A model generated the notes under the pieces. That model was not told the DNA's origin. It did not search any database and saw nothing but the letters and a program-made list of their open reading frames with translations. A stretch of 59,583 bases of DNA, taken from Leptospiraceae bacterium (GTDB lineage Bacteria > Spirochaetota > Leptospiria > Leptospirales > Leptospiraceae). The position numbers were made by a program, and so were the translations under genes. Shown piece after piece: positions 53,578 to 59,583 of this stretch. Position 1 is the first letter of the stretch; every line of letters begins with the position of its first letter. The DNA lies in the NCBI GenBank assembly GCA_024233875.1, contig JACKPB010000009.1, forward strand, positions 149,191 to 208,773, in the 5' to 3' direction.

Positions 53578-54339
53578 TTATATAACCTTCGCTTCTTCTC
53601 TGAGTGCTTTTACTAACTGTTGTGCAAAACCATCAGCATCACCTGCTTCAAGCTTCCTTCCTGCTATACGAGCCGGAGGAGGTTCTAAAGAGACAATTTC
53701 TAATTTTCCAGAAGGATTTCCGAGATCTGCTGCATTTACTGTAGTGATCGGTTTCTTCTTAGCTGTCATAATGCCTTTCAAGGAAGGATATCTGGGTTCA
53801 TTCAGACCTTTTTGAGCTGTTAAAAGTAAAGGTAAAGAAGCTTCAACAACTGCTGTTCCACCTTCCACTTCTCTGGTTACTTTTGCACTGGTTCCATTGA
53901 TTTCCAGTTTCAATGCAAGAGAAACATGAGCCCATCCGAGACGTTCTGCAACCTGAACTCCTGTTTGTGAGCTATCGGAGTCAATCGCCTGTCTACCTGA
54001 AATAACGATGTCGGGGTTTTCAGATTTAATAAAATTTGCGATTAATTCTGAGGTAAAAGCTGAATCAAAATTATTGTAACTATCAACTTTGATTTGAACA
54101 GCTTTGTCAACACCCATTGCATAAGCAGTTCTCAGGGCTTCCTGAGTTCTATCGGGTCCAACTGTAACAGCAATGACTTCACCGCCGTTTTTTTCTCTTA
54201 ATTTGATTCCTTCTTCAATGGCGAATTCATCATAGGGAGAGATAATCCATTTAACTCCCGCTTCGTTAATAGATTTATCACCGAGTTTGATGCTGGTTTC
54301 TGTATCAGGAACCTGCTTAACTAGAACTACAACTTTCAT
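53578..54339 (-). CDS. etfB: Electron transfer flavoprotein beta subunit
   Basis: MKVVVLVKQVPDTE N-terminus. 253 aa. Directly upstream of etfA. Confidence 0.85.
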   Translation of the reverse strand: MKVVVLVKQVPDTETSIKLGDKSINEAGVKWIISPYDEFAIEEGIKLREKNGGEVIAVTVGPDRTQEALRTAYAMGVDKAVQIKVDSYNNFDSAFTSELIANFIKSENPDIVISGRQAIDSDSSQTGVQVAERLGWAHVSLALKLEINGTSAKVTREVEGGTAVVEASLPLLLTAQKGLNEPRYPSLKGIMTAKKKPITTVNAADLGNPSGKLEIVSLEPPPARIAGRKLEAGDADGFAQQLVKALREEAKVI

Positions 54340-54657
54340 AATCCTCGTTTCCTCTTCGCTTTTCTTATTTTGGGTCTAATAATACGATTTCTGGAAGTGC
54401 TTGATAAGGAAAAGTCTTTTTTCTCACAGTAACAGTGAAAGAGAGGAATTGATCCGGGAAAGAATATGATTTTTCTCAGGAATACTTAGACAATTAACAA
54501 ATTAGAATATTCGAAAATATAAAAAGAGCTATGAGTTATAAAAATAGAGAGTAAATGTTAACGCGATATAAAAAATAAATATTATATTATGTCTTATTAT
54601 ATTTATTTATACAAATGACTCTACTCTTTTGATATTTCATAAAACTGTATACAGATT

Positions 54658-56253
54658 TTGAGCAATTCATCAGAACGAAAGCATGTATTTTCGATTTACT
54701 CATGGAATCAGGGAGGGTTATTTTTGCAATTTTTGAAAAGTTTGATCTTTCTTTTCGGGTTCAACTTTCTATTTGTTTTTTCTATTCTAAACTCTCAGGA
54801 AAAATTCCCGATTCTCCTTCAAAACTCAGATTCTCTGCTTTTTTGGGAAGTGGTGAATGATTTCCCATTGAACTTCCGTGAGTGGATATTTGCGCCGCAG
54901 ATGAGTAGTCTGCCCGATATCCTGATTGCTATTCTCACTACCGGCGTTCGGAATCCCAATCTTTATCTTTACTTTCATTCTGTTTTCATGCTTTCTCTCT
55001 TCTTTGGATCATTGATTTTATTGAATGGGAAGGATCACTCTCAACCTTTCCGGATTAAAAAGATTCTTCTTTCTTTTTTATTCCCCTTCTTATTTTATTT
55101 TTTGATCTTAGATCAATATTTCCTGGAAAATCAATTGATGTTAAATTCTATCTCTCCCGGTCATCACATGGGTGCTTATGTAAATTCTTTAATCTTATTT
55201 TGTTTGTATCGATCTGAGTTTAAAGGAAAACATTATCTATTAGTTTTTCATTCAATACTTTCTCTTGCATCCTCTTCCTTCTTTTTTTTCTGGGGAATCT
55301 TTCCTGTCTTTGTAGTAGATTTATTTTCTCAATGGAAAAATCTTAAGTTGAAAGATTGGTTGCTCAGGATTCTTGTCTTGCTTTTTGTCTTTTATTCTTC
55401 CTATCGGATTCCAAAGGATTTAAATATTTTAAGATCTTCTTATCTTCTTACAGAGAGGATACTTTTTTCAGGGATTCAATTGCCTTCCGATCTCACTCAG
55501 ATATTAGATGGATCTACATTATTTATGATTTCTATTCTTTTATTGATCTTTTTAGGTTTAGTTTTTAAAAAATGGATACGTATTGTCTCTCCTACCGAAA
55601 AGGCTGAAGTCAGTGAGCATTCACAAAAAATTGATGGTACCCTGGTTCTTTATTTTATTGTTCAATTTGTTTTGAGTTCTCTACTTATTCTCTTTTCAAA
55701 AATATTTTTCAATTTGAATTCGGTACGTTATGAATTTGGTGTTTATTTCTCATTTTTGATTCTTCTGGTGATTTTGATTCCCAAAAAATTGAATTATCTA
55801 TCCTTAGGTTTCTTACCAATATTTATATTTTTTAATTTCAAAAATTCATTTAAAGATTTTATGTACTACACACCAAAATCTTTATCCTGTATCCAGGAAT
55901 TTGTGCCTTACTACAGTGGTTTGGTCCTGAGTGATTACTGGACATCAAGGGAGTTGTTTGTCTATTCTCAATTTTCACTCGAAACTATCCCTCTTACAGA
56001 AAAAGGAGATCAGATGATCTGGCTCGGTAAGCATAGTAAGGCACTAAAACTGGAAAAGGAAAATCCGGAAGTATTGGTCTTCGAAAAAAAAGATTTAAAA
56101 TTTTCAGTGGGGGATTGGGGAAAGCCAATTCAAAAAATGGATTGCGATAAGTATGTATTGGTTCAACTCGATCCCGATCAGAAACAATTCAAATTGAAGA
56201 AGGATAAAATCTTAAAGGATTATAAGCTTTGGAGAAAAGCACTCGGATTGTGA
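54658..56253 (+). CDS. Polytopic membrane protein, hypothetical
   Basis: More than 10 hydrophobic helices and a C-terminal soluble domain. The real start is uncertain. Confidence 0.45.
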   Translation: MSNSSERKHVFSIYSWNQGGLFLQFLKSLIFLFGFNFLFVFSILNSQEKFPILLQNSDSLLFWEVVNDFPLNFREWIFAPQMSSLPDILIAILTTGVRNPNLYLYFHSVFMLSLFFGSLILLNGKDHSQPFRIKKILLSFLFPFLFYFLILDQYFLENQLMLNSISPGHHMGAYVNSLILFCLYRSEFKGKHYLLVFHSILSLASSSFFFFWGIFPVFVVDLFSQWKNLKLKDWLLRILVLLFVFYSSYRIPKDLNILRSSYLLTERILFSGIQLPSDLTQILDGSTLFMISILLLIFLGLVFKKWIRIVSPTEKAEVSEHSQKIDGTLVLYFIVQFVLSSLLILFSKIFFNLNSVRYEFGVYFSFLILLVILIPKKLNYLSLGFLPIFIFFNFKNSFKDFMYYTPKSLSCIQEFVPYYSGLVLSDYWTSRELFVYSQFSLETIPLTEKGDQMIWLGKHSKALKLEKENPEVLVFEKKDLKFSVGDWGKPIQKMDCDKYVLVQLDPDQKQFKLKKDKILKDYKLWRKALGL

Positions 56254-56394
56254 ATTTTTTTAAGTTCACTATATCTTTTGCAATTGATTGGAGGAACTTC
56301 AATTTGAGGAAGATTCACTTTTCTTTCCAATTCACATCGGTTCTCTGACGATAAATGGATTGTTCAAGAAATCAAAAAGAAAATCAAATTACGG

Positions 56395-57210
56395 GTGCCT
56401 GAGCATTTTGCGATGAAAAAATATCTTTTTACTCTAGTTCTTTTTTTAATTTTATTCGGAGGTATCTTGAAATTGTTAAAATTTTTGGAACAATCACTGA
56501 TTTTTTATCCCGAAAAACTTCCTCCGGAGCATTCTTTTCAATATGATTCTCCCTTTGAAGAGATTACTTTAGCTATGCAGGATGGGACGAAAATCAATTC
56601 TTTATATTTCAATTCACAGGAATCAAAGGGGATCATACTCTATTTCCATGGAAATGCTGGAAGTCTGCGTTCCTGGGGAGATGTGTACAGAGAATTTCTC
56701 CCCAATCATTGGGATCTATTTATCACCGATTATCGAAGTTATGGAAAAAGTGATGGAAAACCGGATGAAGACTTATTGTATTCGGATGCATTGGAACTCT
56801 ATGAATACTTAGTTCAAAAATATCCGGGTAAGGAAATCATTCCCTATGGAAGATCTATAGGAACAGCGATTGCCGCCTACCTTGCCAATCATAAAAAAAC
56901 AAAGAGATTAATATTAGAGACACCTTACACTGATTTTCCCGCTATCGCAAAGAAATACTTTCCTTTTGTCCCAGGTGTGATACTGTCATATCGCCTGGAG
57001 ACTAAAAAATATGTCGATAGTTATGGTGGTAATACGTTAATCTTACACGGAGATCGTGATGAAATCATTCCTGTGGAAATGGGAAGGGAAATCGGCAGGT
57101 TGTCTGAAAGAATTAGGTATGTTGAAGTCAAAGGAGGGTATCACAATAATCTTTCCACTTTTCGTGATACACTGAAGGCAAGAAAGGAATTTTTAAATTT
57201 GGAATTTTAA
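56395..57210 (+). CDS. Alpha/beta-hydrolase fold protein
   Basis: Nucleophile elbow GRSIGTA (GxSxG) and an HG oxyanion motif YFHGNAG. The start is likely the internal MKKYLF. Confidence 0.7.
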   Translation: MPEHFAMKKYLFTLVLFLILFGGILKLLKFLEQSLIFYPEKLPPEHSFQYDSPFEEITLAMQDGTKINSLYFNSQESKGIILYFHGNAGSLRSWGDVYREFLPNHWDLFITDYRSYGKSDGKPDEDLLYSDALELYEYLVQKYPGKEIIPYGRSIGTAIAAYLANHKKTKRLILETPYTDFPAIAKKYFPFVPGVILSYRLETKKYVDSYGGNTLILHGDRDEIIPVEMGREIGRLSERIRYVEVKGGYHNNLSTFRDTLKARKEFLNLEF

Positions 57211-57476
57211 ATGCTTTGAGAAAACTTGAAGTTGGTTTTTTTTTATTCAAAATTATATTTTACTTATAAATCAATAAAAATAAGGATTCGGAGATGATGA
57301 TTTCCCATTCTGTCGACGGATCCACGGAAATCTACTCACCTTTCGCATGAAGTGCATAAGGTGAGTTACTTAAAGTCAATATCAAAAATATTTTCACTTT
57401 CATAAAGAACTCAGCTATAAAATGGCTACATACCCAAATAGGAAATCTGTAATTATTTATGAGAATTAGTACATTC

Positions 57477-58400
57477 TTACCAGGGAATATTTAAATTTAG
57501 GTCTTTTAGCTTTTCCTCAAGTTCTTCCCGTTCCCGATTTTTCTTTACAGATCGATCAGAATTTAACATTCCGAAACCGATTGCTTTTTGAATGGCGGAT
57601 TCAGTATTTCCCGAAGTGATTTCTTTGAGAATTTCCATTTCCATACGGGTAAGGCTGGAGCTATGTACAACATAGTCCTGAAAGGCTTCCCATGCGATAG
57701 GACACCAACGCTTTACAATTTCTTCACCAATTGTTCTGGCGTACTGTCGGATTTCTAGTTGAGCGTGGGAGTCCATTCTCAGAGCAAGAAAATGCAGGAG
57801 GTTGTGAAGGTCAACTTTCCAGTAGGCTTCTGTGTATGTGGAAAGGGGAAGATCTTTTCTTGCCTGTTCTCTGGCGATTCCCTTTTCTATTCGTTCGTTG
57901 TAAATTTTTTGTGAAAGATTGTGGAATTCTTTTTCCTGGTCAGTCAGTAGTTTTCCATCTTCAGGAGAGAAAAATCCGGAACTTCCCTGTTTGTTGTCTG
58001 AAGATTGTTTTCTCCATTCTGAGGGGGAAGTTTTTTGAGAAGAATCGATTGCCACTGAATATCTTGTACTGTATTCATTCACATTTGCTGTTCTATGTCG
58101 GATCCATTGTCTCCAGGTGTCCATGGGAACGCGAACATGCAATTTGATTTCACACATTTCAAAAGGAGTTGTGTGCTTGTGGCGGAGTAGGTAGCGAATC
58201 AGTCCTCTGTCTTCATTGACTTTCTTGGTTCCCTTTCCATAGGAAACTCTGGCGGCCTGAACTATAGCTTCGTCTGTGCCCATATAATCAATTACCCGAA
58301 TGAAACCATCATCCAGTACCCGAAACGGCAATCCCAGAACCTCATCCAGATCAGGTGAGGACAATCTGGATAGTTTTTCAGATGTATCTGCAGTACTCAA
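57477..58400 (-). CDS. thyX: Flavin-dependent thymidylate synthase ThyX
   Basis: ThyX signature RHRTANVNEYS (RHR-x7-S). 307 aa. Confidence 0.7.
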   Translation of the reverse strand: MSTADTSEKLSRLSSPDLDEVLGLPFRVLDDGFIRVIDYMGTDEAIVQAARVSYGKGTKKVNEDRGLIRYLLRHKHTTPFEMCEIKLHVRVPMDTWRQWIRHRTANVNEYSTRYSVAIDSSQKTSPSEWRKQSSDNKQGSSGFFSPEDGKLLTDQEKEFHNLSQKIYNERIEKGIAREQARKDLPLSTYTEAYWKVDLHNLLHFLALRMDSHAQLEIRQYARTIGEEIVKRWCPIAWEAFQDYVVHSSSLTRMEMEILKEITSGNTESAIQKAIGFGMLNSDRSVKKNREREELEEKLKDLNLNIPW

Positions 58401-58467
58401 TCAAATCTCTCCTTTTTTTTTACATTCAACAAACTTCGCTTGACAGGATACCTATACCCCTTAGGGT

Positions 58468-58728
58468 ATGTGCATGAATCAAACAGAACTCATCCATAGA
58501 CTAAACAGAATCCAAGGGCAGATAGAAGCAATCAAGAGAAATTTGATCGATCAGCCATCTGACTGCAAGAAAAACATTCAATTATTAAAAGCTGCTACCA
58601 ACGCCCTTAAAAAATTCGGACAGGCTTATGTGGAAGAGCATATGCAACAATGCCTGAATACAAACATTGATCCCAAAGAAATCGAATCTGATCTTAGAAA
58701 TGTGATTTCATCAGCTTTTTCTCTCTAG
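58468..58728 (+). CDS. CsoR/RcnR/FrmR-family metal-sensing transcriptional repressor
   Basis: 86 aa. LIHRLNRIQGQIEAIKRNL, a helix typical of the family, and a C-x-H-x-C arrangement (C33...H..C). Confidence 0.7.
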   Translation: MCMNQTELIHRLNRIQGQIEAIKRNLIDQPSDCKKNIQLLKAATNALKKFGQAYVEEHMQQCLNTNIDPKEIESDLRNVISSAFSL

Positions 58729-58736
58729 TTTTCTTC

Positions 58737-59583
58737 CTAGATCGGTCCTCTGTTTAGAACCACACCTTCTCTGCTATTTTGTTTTAAGAGTTTGGATAGT
58801 TTGTTCAAGTTTGAACTTCCCGGATTGCTTACCGAAATGAGTTCCAGAATTTCATTTCCTATTTCATCCTGTTCTAATCTATCAATAAAGTAAATAGTAG
58901 AGACTCCTTTTTTCATCCAGAAATCTGTCCATTTCATATAATCTTTCGCCAGAACCCTGCTTGTCGATTCCTTAAGAATGGTATTTGTAATCAGGATAGC
59001 ATTGGGCAGATTGCGATCATCAACTCTTCTCTGCAACTTTTCAAACCGGACATTTGAATTTCCACACTTCCAGGAATAGGATTCGATAGAATTTGAACTT
59101 CCCGAAATTTTAGAATCAAACTCCTGAAAATTCCAAATTTGGAGAGTGTTGGAAAGATTCAAAGTTTTGGTTCCTTCAAAATAATCCGAAGGGAGATATT
59201 GGATTTTTTCAAGTTTATCTGTTTGAGAACACTCGGCAGTTACCGGATTCAATTGAGTCTCAGAAGAGTCTGAATTCGTTTGAAAATTATAAAACAGTTT
59301 GATATTATAGGAAATCTTATTCTTTCTGAGGATTTGATAGAGTTCTGCTCCCTGTTGATTCAAATAAATTTGAAATGAGTTGTCACCTTCTATCCATGGA
59401 AATGAAGAAATAATTTTTTCGTAGTACTCTACACTTCCATATTGTTTTTCAGAAAAATTTAGAATACTCCACCGATAATTTGCTTTTCTATCCGGTTTGT
59501 AAGCGACTACATAAACCTTGCCATTGAAAGGAATTACTGCCAGAAAAGGAGTTTTGATCTTATTTAATACTTTATCGTCAAAC
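58737..59583 (-). CDS. Hypothetical protein, 5' end beyond the window
   Basis: The ORF track starts at a TTG at 59363. The reading frame stays open upstream to the window edge, continuing DDKVLNKIKTPFLAVIPFNGKVYVVAYKPD... No family recognised. Confidence 0.45.
   Translation of the reverse strand, partial: FDDKVLNKIKTPFLAVIPFNGKVYVVAYKPDRKANYRWSILNFSEKQYGSVEYYEKIISSFPWIEGDNSFQIYLNQQGAELYQILRKNKISYNIKLFYNFQTNSDSSETQLNPVTAECSQTDKLEKIQYLPSDYFEGTKTLNLSNTLQIWNFQEFDSKISGSSNSIESYSWKCGNSNVRFEKLQRRVDDRNLPNAILITNTILKESTSRVLAKDYMKWTDFWMKKGVSTIYFIDRLEQDEIGNEILELISVSNPGSSNLNKLSKLLKQNSREGVVLNRGPI

Noticed and set aside
54575-54595. A third occurrence of the ATTATGTC motif in the etfB/membrane-protein divergent region, which would link it to the dnaN/parS motif.
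   Set aside because: An AT-rich 8-mer is expected several times by chance in 60 kb of this composition. This copy is not palindromically arranged.

Overview
This 59.6-kb window is AT-rich, roughly 33-36% GC by eye (not computed). It is densely coding on both strands and looks like a chromosomal origin-proximal region of a Leptospira-like spirochete. The evidence for that placement is relaxed L-x-x-C lipoboxes, many cNMP-binding, STAS, EAL and HEAT proteins, and low GC. I count about 58 protein-coding genes, almost all intact. Housekeeping genes dominate: dapF, murB, rsmG-parA-parB, prmC, bcp, pgk, ilvE, sthA, an oppBCDF-like ABC operon, dnaN-recF-DUF721, ruvC, gyrB, yebC, hom, hflX, gltA, ispB-like, trpS, etfBA and thyX. 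I found no rRNA, tRNA, tmRNA, RNase P, CRISPR array, transposase or integrase. The most notable points are: (1) two canonical parS palindromes at rsmG, which mark this as the chromosomal partition locus. (2) A replication-gene block, dnaN-recF-DUF721, that has no dnaA upstream; pgk is the divergent neighbour, and gyrB is inverted, solitary and separated by ruvC. (3) A 2.1-kb ORF-free AT-rich gap at 13.9-16.05 kb between the par locus and a gene with strongly expression-optimised codon usage; the gap contains a short GC-rich hairpin patch. (4) An M23 peptidase-bactofilin-small protein operon, which is a helical cell-shape module. (5) A tandem pair of genes carrying paralogous YbjN-like domains, one fused to a trypsin-like protease and a zinc ribbon. 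I regard this as the best candidate for an undescribed two-gene system. (6) Several orphan components: a TAXI solute-binding protein, a CsoR repressor, and an Opp-type ABC operon without a binding protein. The ORF track uses longest ORFs and accepts TTG/GTG starts, so some 5' ends are probably too long.
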